Positions 23,028 through 34,133 of a stretch of 64,000 nt of DNA are shown piece after piece. The translations under genes and the position numbers were made by a program. Below the pieces are notes generated by a model. It made no database searches and was not told the origin of the DNA. It saw nothing but the letters and a program-made list of their open reading frames with translations. The stretch covers positions 1,480,916 through 1,544,915 of the forward strand of contig CAJFCJ010000020.1 in NCBI GenBank assembly GCA_904063045.1, given 5' to 3'. Each line of letters opens with the position of its first letter. The stretch's first letter is position 1. The DNA is from Dimorphilus gyrociliatus. Lineage: Eukaryota; Animalia; Annelida.

Positions 23028-23961
23028 TCAAGCTATTTCTCCATCGTTATCGAAGACTCGTTCTCCAAAGACAACATTATCAACGAGTTTCAAGCGATCA
23101 TCAGAAGTGTTCTTGTTCATTCTTACAACTTTAATCTGTTAATTAATTTTAGATTTTATAAGATTCTATACATCGACATGAATAGTATAAACTTACAGTT
23201 TCCTCATCTTCAGTTGGCGTACAGCAACAGGCAACGAATGAGTGGATCAAATTGACCAACCACGCGAAAAACAATAGCCCAACCATGATAAAACCATTAA
23301 TACATCTTCCTTTGTAGTAGGATCCGTGGAATTCTCTATTTTCAGATCTGAATCCAATAGTTACACCAAGGGAAAAGAGTGCGCATGGGACAAGGTAAAG
23401 AAGATGAATAATGAAAATAACGATAGATGCAATCTTCAATCCCAATTTTCTATGACCAAGGGTTGAACAGTGAAAACCACTTCCCAAAATTCCGACAACA
23501 AAAGTCTGAAAAAAGTAATTTGATTGATATATCGAAAAATTATTCTCTATTTCATTCTATGAACTTACAAGAACTATGCTCGGGGCAACGCTAATCCAAT
23601 GAAGTACATGCTTTTCGATTTGATTTGAGTCGTAACGCGATATAGCGCATTTCTTCATCATCTCTTCAAACCTGTGACGATGTTCAACTAGTTCCTTACC
23701 AAGTCCTTCAAATTTCATTCTTTCATGCATTTTGTTCATCTTATCTCCTTTCAGATGTTTTGCCAAAGGTAATAGAAACTTTCTTTCCAAATGTTCGCCA
23801 TCATTGTCTCTTCTCTCCTCACTTATATCAAAAATATTATCTTCGTGTCTACATTTGCTCTGGTTTCCAGTTATTTGGAATACATTTACCAATAAACATG
23901 TTAACAGGCCTGTAGCAATAACAAAATGTAAAATGCTACCAACGCAAAAACACTTCGCCAT
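23028..23961 (-). CDS. Orphan four-transmembrane protein with large first loop and juxtamembrane Cys cluster
   Basis: Three exons join in frame: MAKCFCVGSILHFVIATGLLTCLLVNVF...VLHWISVAPSIVL/TFVVGILG...KIASIVIFIIHLLYLVPCALFSLGVTIG...INGFIMVGLLFFAWLVNLIHSFVACCCTPTEDEET/IKVVRMN...DGEIA*. Donors are GTAAGT. Confidence 0.8.
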
Positions 23962-24149
23962 GTCGAATCTAAGTGCTTATTTATGTTAAAATATGTTAAG
24001 AAATCAGAGGGGAAATGACGTAGAAATACAGTACTGACCTCTATAAGTCGTTTCACCTGACAATGAATCATCAACTTTTTAATACCACTCTTTGTATGGT
24101 ATATAAAAGATACACATTGAACAAGCATTCTTTATTTATACTATAGTAA

Positions 24150-25930
24150 TTTATTTGTTCGTCTATCTTTATTGTTGAACATTGCAATATAAAATAATGC
24201 TGACACTCTTTTCGTAAGAGGTCTTTTTTTGGTCTCCTCTCTGCTCTCAACTCTACTTAGATAGTTTTTAAAGCAATTTATCGTCTCTATTCCATGTAAT
24301 ACGATTACCTGAAAGTACCTTAAAACCCTCTTGTTTTTCCTAGAATTCTCTTCCAAATATTCGTATTTACATATTGGGTCACTGACGTTGTTACGTTATC
24401 TAGAAAAAAAAACTTGTACAAGCACAACCCTAAAGCAAAACGTATCATTTATAAGAAGCAACTTTCAATAATAGAGTCTCTCCCTTTGTAAAACAATAAC
24501 TTCCTGCAATCTTCTTTGTAAGGTAAATACCTCTTTCCGTTCAACTTGCAATTTATTTGTCTTTGTAGTTTATCCAAAATATATTTTTCTCTTCTAAAAG
24601 TATGTCAACCTCTGAAAAGAAGATAATATAAAAAGTAAATATGCAAATTATCTTGACAGAGAAATAAATTACATGTATATAACTGTTAAATGTCTGTGTG
24701 AACGTGTGGGTTGCCATCAAAATTATTTGAGCAAATAACATTGGAAACCTTTAATAAAATATTTAAACGTTTCTCCTCATCTAAGCTCTTGGCTCTAGTG
24801 TCGTCTCTCAAAACATCGTCAAGTGAACCATTCATCATATATTCTGTTACAATATACACATCATGATTGTCATTGAAAAAGGAATTACCAACAACTATTA
24901 AAAGGAATTTTTCATAACAGTTCATAAAATTTTACTAATCAAGTTTACACTCTCTTTTTGTCTAGCAATTAAAAATAGGTCAGTGAAGTATATTCTGATA
25001 TATTTATTCAAAAAGTCTAACAAGTATATCGTTGCCAAAACCCTCTCTTTTTAATATAGTTCCTTCCCATTGTCCTTGAGTGGTCTTTTATGAATATTTT
25101 TCTTTCTTTTGTTAATTGCAGTACAGTTATAAAACTTAGCACTGGAAAAAATATAAAAGATATCAGTCGTTTTATAATGCATAAAATACCGGTTCGCTTG
25201 ATTTTAGAGCTATTGCAATCTCGTTGCAGTTAGGCTCTACAAAGCTACTTTCCGTTAAGTCATTATTTGAAGGTGCTTCTTCCAATGTTTCTATAATGGA
25301 GGAGTGTCTCCGAAAGCTACAAAAATAGAAGTTTTTTTAGTCTCATTATATATTTTTTATCCTTTTTCTGTTTTGATTAGTTCTCTTTGGCAAAGGTATT
25401 TAATGAGTTGAGCGAACAGGTGCTAGGACTTTCTTTTAAACTTTTGAAGAATTCATTAAACTATTTATTAAGACATGTATCAAATTTTAGTTTAACCTAT
25501 TTAAAAGAAATAGAAAAATCCCCAAGGTAAGTGACAAAATGAATGTGAAACATGAGATTGATCCTACTTAGTTGCTGTTTTGGTGGTGACGAAGAAGAAG
25601 AAGGATTTCGCTATCCGATAAGATTCCAGGATCATTTTTTCGATAAAATCTCTTCTTCTTTCACATTCAAATCGTTAACCTAGCCTCAATAGCTTTTATC
25701 TTTAGAAACCCTAATAAGAAAAACTGTTCATAATTGTATTCTCAACAAGATTCATATTTCATAAAGTTTTCTTCATAATTGTATAAATCTCTTCGTTTTC
25801 CCTATTTTCTCGCAGAGACACAACTTCCTACTCTGCAATTATCCACTAATTTTTGTCGATAATTGCTAAGGAACAGCTCGAAAAGTTTCCTGCTGAGGCT
25901 GAGCTCAGCATTTCCTTATTCCATTTTTTT
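24150..25930 (-). pseudogene. Disrupted IRAK/Pelle-like (TKL) protein kinase
   Basis: Kinase fragments occur in the correct order but in different frames, with several stops: EGFGN (Gly loop), VYIVTEYMMNGSLDDVL...KRLNILLK (hinge/alphaE), DILLEEK, TKKIAGSY, DTFCFRVVLVQV (cf. DIYSFGVVLLEI). No intact VAVK, HRD or DFG found. Confidence 0.65.
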
Positions 25931-26184
25931 TATCTCTCTTGATTGATAAGTAGGATACAGAAGAGGAAAGAAAAAAAAAACAAACAATAGAGTACCATAT
26001 TAAATATCTCATCAGTTGAAATGGAGAAGATAATACATTATCCACGTTTTAAAAAAATTTATATAATAAAAAAAAATTTAAAATGAATTTTAAAAATGAA
26101 TTTTAAAGAAATGTTGATTGTTATTGTTGAGATTTTCTTCCTCTTTTTTTGAAGCAGAGATTAGGCGAAAGAAAGAGATTATTT

Positions 26185-26740
26185 ATGTCGTTATCCGATA
26201 TATCAAACTTTGAAAAAATCAATAAGGGTATAAAGAAATCTATAAGAAGAGAGGGGAATTTTTCTTTAGATTTAGTTAAAAGTAACGATACTGTTAGAAT
26301 TCATTTAACATGTTGGATAGCAAAACCAAAATGTGAAAAACCTTTTTACAAGTAATGTTGTCTAAATGCTTTTTCCTAGTTTTTTTTTCTTAATATACAG
26401 TATATGTATTATTAAATTAGTACAATTCATCATGAACCCTTGACTATACATTTGGACGATAAGCTTATTTTGAAAGGTTTAAAAGAGTCCATATGCAGTA
26501 TGAGAGTAGGTGAGATAGCTACTTTTCTAATAGCATCGGATTACGCTTATGGACAAAGGGGATTCCCTGCTTGGGGGTAAATATCTAAATATAAGTGAAA
26601 AAAAACTACAGTGAATGAAAAGTAACATATTCCACTTGGTATATTTTAATAGGATACCACCTCTAGCACTATTACAGTACGATGTTCATCTCTTAAATAA
26701 CATGACTTCGAAACAATCAGCCATTTTGAGAATGGAATAG
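26185..26740 (+). CDS. Small single-domain FKBP-type protein with degenerate active site
   Basis: Three exons give MSLSDISNFEKINKGIKKSIRREG...TVRIHLT...LILKGLKESICSMRVGEIATFLIASDYAYGQRGFPAWG/IPPLALLQYDVHLL...ME*. The start is uncertain because an acceptor-like site at 26154 suggests an upstream exon. Confidence 0.8.
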
Positions 26741-27179
26741 GAGATTTAACAGAAAAAAAGCTTTGGAAGAGAAATAAAAAACAATTTCGTATATTAAACC
26801 TTGAATAATTTGATTAGTTTTGATAAAATGATAATTAAGTTAGACATTACCGAATTAAAGCAGTTTTTTTTCTCTTATATAAACAAATAAACCAGTTTTA
26901 GATGACTAAATGAAAATAAAATGTGATTAATCATGTTATTGATATTATAATTATTAATGTAATATTTCATATGATAATATTTTATAATTTGCATGTTCGT
27001 AATAAATTGAATGTCAATGATCGATATTCCATACTTGTCTCTGCTTTTCTTTTGTGGTTCATTATTTTAATAATAGAGTAATTGGTAAGAGTTTTCTTTC
27101 ATAAGATTAGGTTTTGTTTACACTTAACCGCTGCAATATGTAACAGATAACTTGTCTAAAGTAACTATTACAACATAGT

Positions 27180-28714
27180 TTATATATAACATTGTAGAAT
27201 ATCCAAAATTTTGCTAATGTCTTCATTGCTACTATTCTGCCCGCTTACCAGATAGGAAAGTACGGAAGCATTTTCGGAGTTCCTCAAGAATATCAGGCAT
27301 CTGAAATTATTTAGGAATTTTTATTCCTTATTTTATTTACAATATAGACTACTAACGAGTATAGGCTGTAGTAATCAAGTTGCGCGGCCTTGAGTAATCG
27401 GTTAAGTTTGTTTAAATCATGAGATAACTTGACTTTGTAATCGTTCACTATCATTTTAACTAGTGAAGGATTGGAAATAACACCATCAAGTATCATCCGG
27501 TTTGCCCATTGTTTACAAAATTTTGTGGAATCGTGACAATTAGTTGTACAGCCTTCTTCATTTAGAGTTATTTCAAAACAGACTTTGTCGTTTGTAGAAG
27601 GGCTTTCGTCATTAGGGAATAAATTTCTTACTGAGATGCTCTTCACGAATCTGTATCATAAAAAACTTTAGATTACACTATAAATAGATTCAGAATTGTA
27701 TTTTTAGCCAAGAAATATTACCTTTCGATATCCTTACACAATTTTTTATCAGCACCAACCACCTTAACGTTATAATCCAAACAAACCTGAAATAGCCATT
27801 TCCTTCTTTAGAGAATATATATGATTTTCAATTTATCACGTAGTTCTTACGGCATAAATCAAACATTGCACATTGTTTTTCAAAGCTCTTAGGCTACGAC
27901 TTATGTAATACAAACAAATATCGGACCAGTTTGCCAATTCGCTACTATAAACATCAGTCTGAAATAGATGGTTTATAAAATGGATAAATTAGCTTCCGGC
28001 CAGCTACCTTTTTTATAGAATAGACATATTCATCGATGTCATCTTGAAACAACTCAAGTTTCATCTCAGAAGCGCCAAGAAAACAAATAACCTTAGTAAG
28101 TCTTTCATCAGTACTTATATCCGCAAAATAGCAACAAAAGTCCCTATCCCTGTTTATATATACAGCATATATATAAACAGTATATACATTATATTCAAAA
28201 ATATATTAGTACTAAATTATTTAATATGATATAATGAAATTATTAAAATACAACCATAATTGTAAGAGAGAAACGTCACTTTTACATTTTCCGTCAAGCG
28301 AACCCTTTGACAAACGTTTGGCAAGAAAATCTTTCAACTTCAATAGGTTGTTGTCATTTTCATCGATATCAGTTTCAATCAATTGTAATCTAGAATTGAA
28401 GTTGATTTTTTTTCTTTTCTCATTACTTCTTTACACTTAATTTAATATTATGAACGTACGAATATTTTAACGTTTTACTTGGTGCTTGCGCAACAGATTG
28501 TCCTAAATTTTCAGACGATTGATTTTGATCAGTATCTCCATTTAGTTTCGACCTTTGAATTTAATACTTATTTATTAAATTTTAAAATTAGGATTCTTAT
28601 TTGTTAAATGGCTTTTTTATTATATTATACATACGCAAAGACTCCGTAATAACACGGATTTGGCGGGTCAATGTGCCCAGAAGAGCTAGATACATTCGTA
28701 AACGTGTCTGCCAT
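27180..28714 (-). CDS. C17orf75: Njmu-R1 / C17orf75 homolog (WDR11-FAM91A1 complex subunit)
   Basis: The spliced product contains LKDFLAKRLSKG, LELFQDDIDEY, VKVVGADKKLCKDIERFV, TKFCKQW and SNPSLVKMIVNDYKVKLSHDLNKLNRLLKAAQLDYYSLYSCLIFLRN. These match my recollection of human Njmu-R1 blocks in order. Confidence 0.8.
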
Positions 28715-28733
28715 CGTTCATCGAACGAATGGT

Positions 28734-28747
28734 GGCGCCATCTCCAG
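28734..28747 (-). promoter_or_regulatory. CTCF-like motif just upstream of the C17orf75 ATG
   Basis: The minus strand reads CTGGAGATGGCGCC, 20 nt before the start codon. Weak motif match. Confidence 0.3.
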
Positions 28748-29143
28748 ATAAAAGTGATGGAAAAGCCAAAAGAGTCTTGGAAAATTTCGATTAATGAGAA
28801 ATCTTAAAAATAAGCTACTTGTCGTTCAAAAACGTTCTTATTTTATTAATAAATGCTTTGTAAAAAAAGTATCAGTAAAGAGACATTCAAGTTTCAATTT
28901 TTCCAAAATTCTCTTTATAAACTGGTGGAGTCATTTTTTGCTAAATTAAGCCACATAAATTTCATTAGTTCTTTGGAAAAAAATTTAGTTGGGGAAAATA
29001 TTTTATGATTAAAATTTCAATTTACGTATTCACAATAATATTTTATTGAAATCTCCATAAAAATATATATACCTCACCGAAGGGAAGTGTATTTTCAAAA
29101 ACAAATATTTGAGGGAATATATGTATATATAAATATATATAAA

Positions 29144-30209
29144 TCAAGTCTTCATCTTCCTCTTAGGTTCTGTCTCCTGCTCATATTCTATTTCAACTCT
29201 GGCTTTCTTACTTAATTTCTTCACAGGTTTCTCCTCCTCAGAACTTTCGTCAGATTCTTCGCCAGGTATTCTAATTGCGGTATCTTCAATATCCTCGTCG
29301 CTCATTTCAAATTCATCTTCACCCACGTATTCAACTTGTTCTTCTTCGTCGGAAGAAGCTTCGTATTCTTGCTCAGCTTGATTATCTTCATCCTCCTCTT
29401 CTTTATCCAAAACTTTATTAAATGCAGCCTGATTGAAATTGTACATATCACCATAAGTTCCTGTTTTCAATCGATCGAGTAATTCTTTTTCTATAGCTGT
29501 GTCTAGTCTAGCTGCAATAAGTGCTTTCTTTTCTCGCCTATCTTCTCGCCGTTCGACTTTTCTGCTCAATGGAACAACTTTTCTTTGACGCTTCAAGGTA
29601 ATTCTTCGAATTCTGGTCAAGTACTGTCTAATTCTTAGTAATCGTTGTTTACACTTATTTTTTACATAGTTCGGCCAATAAGCCAGATGTGTGTTAATTT
29701 GATCAAGAGCTTTTTCAAGGTTTCTGTTAAGTTTAACTTTTTCCCAAAGCTTTCTAGGAAACGCAGCTCGTTCTACGGTTTTCATATACAGAAAAATTTC
29801 ACCTACAAAAAATTATTGCGTAATTAGCCTGATTTAATTATTTCTTTTCATTTTATTTAACCTTTTTCTTCTCTGACAGTTGCATATTGACTGTTCGCTA
29901 ATGGACAAGAATGTCTGTTACACAATCCAGTAAGGCTGTACTCATTTCTACAGAAGTGTTGACTTTTCATACTATCAAAGAAAATAAATTAACGCAATTG
30001 ATCATTTAGACATTAGCCTTACCGTGTCTTGAAAGAACAAAAACTTTTATTGATGATACTCCAGATAACCTGAACGATGAAAAGTTTAAATTACTGTATT
30101 GTCGCTCAAAAATCACATGTGTGATAGTCAATAATTGTCTTGGTTGTTTTGATGAACAAACAATACAAAAGTATAACTACAGCTGATTACTTACATCATC
30201 ATGCTGCAT
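29144..30209 (-). CDS. MAK16: MAK16 ribosome biogenesis protein
   Basis: [19 protein letters not shown].../[27 protein letters not shown].../[21 protein letters not shown]...[17 protein letters not shown], then an acidic tail ending VEIEYEQE. Confidence 0.97.
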
Positions 30210-30632
30210 TTTACAAATGAATTTTGGGTCGAAAGATATTAAATTTTGTGGATTTCAACAAATTAGTTTCAGCGATCACAGCTCTACCTAGGGACGTCTC
30301 AGAGAAATCCTACGCATGCGCACTCATTCCTTGCGTACGAGAATTCGGAATAGATTGTAGAATCGCGATATTCTTGCATTATCGTTTCATTCTAAATTGT
30401 CCTCTTATTTAACAAAAGTTAGATAAAAGTACATAGAAATCTAGATACCTATCTTAACATAAGGCTAGACCATATCATAGTCTGAAAAATATCTTATTTT
30501 TTATAGTATAGCCTTCTCGATAATCTCTATCATATCGATTCCTCGTTCGCGGTTGAAAACCGTCTAAATCGTAAACGTTGATTCTCAAGTAATGTGTTCT
30601 GAATCGGTTTCCATTGTGTAACTTTGACAAAC
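30210..30632. promoter_or_regulatory. Bidirectional promoter MAK16/ACIN1 with NRF1-like site
   Basis: Head-to-head ATGs are about 420 nt apart. TACGCATGCGCA at 30311-30322 is one mismatch from the NRF1 palindrome. Confidence 0.6.
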
Positions 30633-33438
30633 ATGGAAAAAGAAGTGTATATGATTGGTGATAAATCTATAACTGAATTAAGAGTAGTTGATTTAAAAAA
30701 GGAGCTAGAACTTAGGAAATTATCTAAGAGTGGAAGCAAAATAGAATTGGTAAAACGATTGAAAAATGTAAGATATCCTTTTATCACTCTAGCCGCCATT
30801 TTGAGTGTTTTGTCTTTGGTAAACAATTTTGTAATATTTACAGTATATGCGTAATCAGCGATCTCAAAGTGATACGAGTGAAAATGAAAATCAAACCAGT
30901 AAAGTAAGCATATAAATTTTGTGATGAAATGTTTTGTTTTGCATGATATATTCGTATAAAAAATTCGAAAAGAGGCCGAAAACGAAAAAAAAATTTAGAA
31001 GAGAAGCGTGTTTGAACTATTATAATATAGCAACAGTTCAATTATTAAATCTATTTTTATGTATGCAAACGTTTGTTTCCTTTCTTTCAGACAGTTTCTT
31101 GCAAAGAATATTAATTACTCTTGAACAGATATATGATGTCTTATCAATATTATACTAAAATTTGTCATTTTCTGCTTGCATAATATGTTATGCACTCTTT
31201 TAAAGCGATTTTGTTAGTTTCTTTCATAAATTAATTGATTGTTTTTTCAGGCTACTGATTCCGGTGATGGACCAAATGACTTTGTGAAGCAATATCTTGA
31301 AAAGCAACAGCGCACCTACGAGCAAATGTGCCATGAAAAAGAAAAAATTGAAGATAAGCCGACATTACGATCTACAAAATCTCAACCTGCCAATAAAGAT
31401 AAAATTGCAGATGGTAGTATTTCATTTTTGATTGTTCTAAAATTTATTTATATATATCCTATTTGTACTATCAACTTACCACTTAATGAAAAAGAAGCAG
31501 ACAAGCAACCTAGTGAAAATTCGGATCTTGCTGTAGAAAGTAATGTAAAACCTGTATTAGAGTCTAAGGCCTCGAAAATTGATAATACAGCATCAAATCA
31601 AGAGGACGAGAGTAGCTCTCCTGCTAGTAATGAAGATGATCCTAAAGATGACCTAAAAGATAAAGAGGTGAAGTAATTTCATTAAATACAAAAATAGTCC
31701 ATTTAACAGTGTTCGTATTTAGATTGTGAAAGAAAAACAAGTTGATGACGAACCAAAAAAATCTGACAATTGCTCAGTCGAGGGCTCCGAAGTGAGTTAT
31801 TTACTAGATTTTCTAACCAATATGTCTGTTACCCTGGCAAAACTGAAACAATAAAATAGCCAACGACAGGTTAATGTCGTTAGTTGGATGTTTTAACAAA
31901 AAACAATAATTTAGTACAGAAGTGTTGGGCTTCAACGTGTTCATTACAATATAATATTGCTTCACTTCAAGTTATATTTTAAACAACTAGTGTATATTAC
32001 AGTCAGAAGGTAGCAGCAGTAAAGATAATATGGAAGAAGACAAAAAAAGAGAGAAAGATCCAACCGAAGAAAGTTAGCATTTATATTACTAAATTAATTT
32101 TGATTGTAAAGACTATTTACTTGCGCAGGACTGATTTCAAAATCTAGTCAAGCAAAAGATACTCCTGAAGATTTTTTACCATCATCACCTAGTAAAAGTC
32201 CGAGTAATGATCAAGCAAAAGACGATGTTATCTCGAACTCGAACCAAAGTGAACACACAAATGAGGTTTGAATCTAGTTTTATTCTTTTCACTTTTGAGT
32301 AATAAAATTATATTTGATTTAAAAGGAGTCAAAACCCGAGTATCTCTCCGAAGATCAAATTGACAATGATGAAATTTCCATGGAAGTTAATTCAGATGGT
32401 TTAGAATTAAAAAAATCAGAAAAGAATCACACTGAGAAAAATATAATCAATGAATCAAGAGAAGTTCAGCCAACCAAGCGAAAGCTGATTTCACCACCTT
32501 CAACAGAAATAAATGAAAAGAAGCGTGTAATCACAACCACAAGACAGGCATCTAAAATCGATCTGGATGATTCCCTTAGACCAGTAAGAGAGAAGTCAGC
32601 TTCCCCTGCCAGACAGCAACCCTCTCGTGTAATATTGGTGCGAAATTTAGTACGACCCTTTACAATAGGACAGCTAAAATCCGTTCTAAATAGAAACAAT
32701 CCAATTATCAATGATTTATTCTGGATTGATAACATAAAGAGTTTTTGTTATGCTGTTTACGAAACGGAAGAAGCTGCTTCGGATATGCGAAATTTTCTGG
32801 ACAATTCCAAATGGCCATCGTCCAATCCAAAATTACTGAAAGTAGACTTTTCAAGTGAACAAGAAGTCTATAATCATTTAGTTGCTGACAAACCCGATGC
32901 TATTAAATTGCTTAAGATTGATGAATCAAAATTAGAAAAACCAAAGCGTCGAGATAATAGGCAAGTTGAACGAGAGAGGAGAGTTTCAGATAGGGATGCA
33001 AGGGATAGTCTAAGAGATGAAAAGAGGGAGAAAAATAGAGAAGTTGACAGATCCCGAAGAGACCATGTCCGAGAATGGGATAGAGAAAAAATACGGCGAT
33101 CTCCTCAAAGAGATGAAGGAAGATCTCGGTCTCCAAGAAGACGTGAAAGAGAAGAACGCTACGAGAAAATTCATCAGAATGCCCCTGCGAAACTGTTAGA
33201 TGATCTGTTCCACAAAACACAAGCTGTGCCTGCTATCTACTGGCTTCCCTTAACCGATGAAGGAGCTCAATTGAGGGATGAGACGAGAAAGAAAGAAAAA
33301 GAGTCAAGAGAACAGCGACGACGAGAGAGGGAAGAGGAGGAAAAACAAAAGAGAAGGAAGGAACTTTATGAATCCGAACCAAAGCAAAGATATGAGGAGT
33401 TAAGTCGTCGTCGAAGAAATAACTCGAATTCTGACTAG
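30633..33438 (+). CDS. ACIN1: Acinus (SAP domain, RRM, RSB motif; ASAP/EJC component)
   Basis: SAP domain ELRVVDLKKELELRKLSKSGSKIELVKRL. RRM VILVRNLVRPFTIGQLK...IDNIKSFCYAVY...WPSSNPKLLKVDF. RSB motif KLLDDLFHKTQAVPAIYWLPLT. Arg/Glu-rich tail. Confidence 0.95.
30792..30803 (+). promoter_or_regulatory. YY1/pho consensus site in ACIN1 intron 1
   Basis: GCCGCCATTTTG is the exact reverse complement of CAAAATGGCGGC and is promoter-proximal. Confidence 0.55.
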
Positions 33439-34133
33439 GTCTCAATATTACAAATAGTAATGTATTTCTAATTATTTTAAAATCCTATCTAAGCTTGATG
33501 GATAAGTACGTATGCCAGAAAGTAAAATGTAACTGGTCATAAAGTGTTAAATCGTTTATCTTTATACATTTGTATAAATGCGTATGTATTTTTAGATGTA
33601 TGTATGATAAAAACAAATGATAATTTAATGAAGGAATAGGAAAAAGTCAACTTGGTAACTTGGTATATATAGAATTAAAACTGGAAGTTAGCTATCCGTC
33701 TCGGAATACTGTTGTATATTGTTCCTTTGTTACGTTGTGTTATTTTTGTTTAAAAATCCCGTATTGTTAATTTTCAAAATGACAGGGAGTAATACAGGGA
33801 GAGAAAAATCTTCAGAAACTACCATTATTTCATTACTTTCTTTATATTATTTTTTAGTGTAACATCTATTTGGCTATATAATGTTTTTGTATAATTCATG
33901 ATAATTAATGACTTAACATTTTGCATTCAGCAATTACGTGATAATGGCCCTAATGTAAGCTGTAATGAAAGAATAATTTTCTGTATAAATAAAGACTTTA
34001 TTTTCTCAATATTGCATAGATTCAAAATTAGATGGGAAAACGGTTTAATATTATTATAGATATCAATATTTTATCAGAGTAGTTATAAAAATAAAAGGTT
34101 TTAGTTTATTTTTGAAAGAAAGAGAAAAACCGA

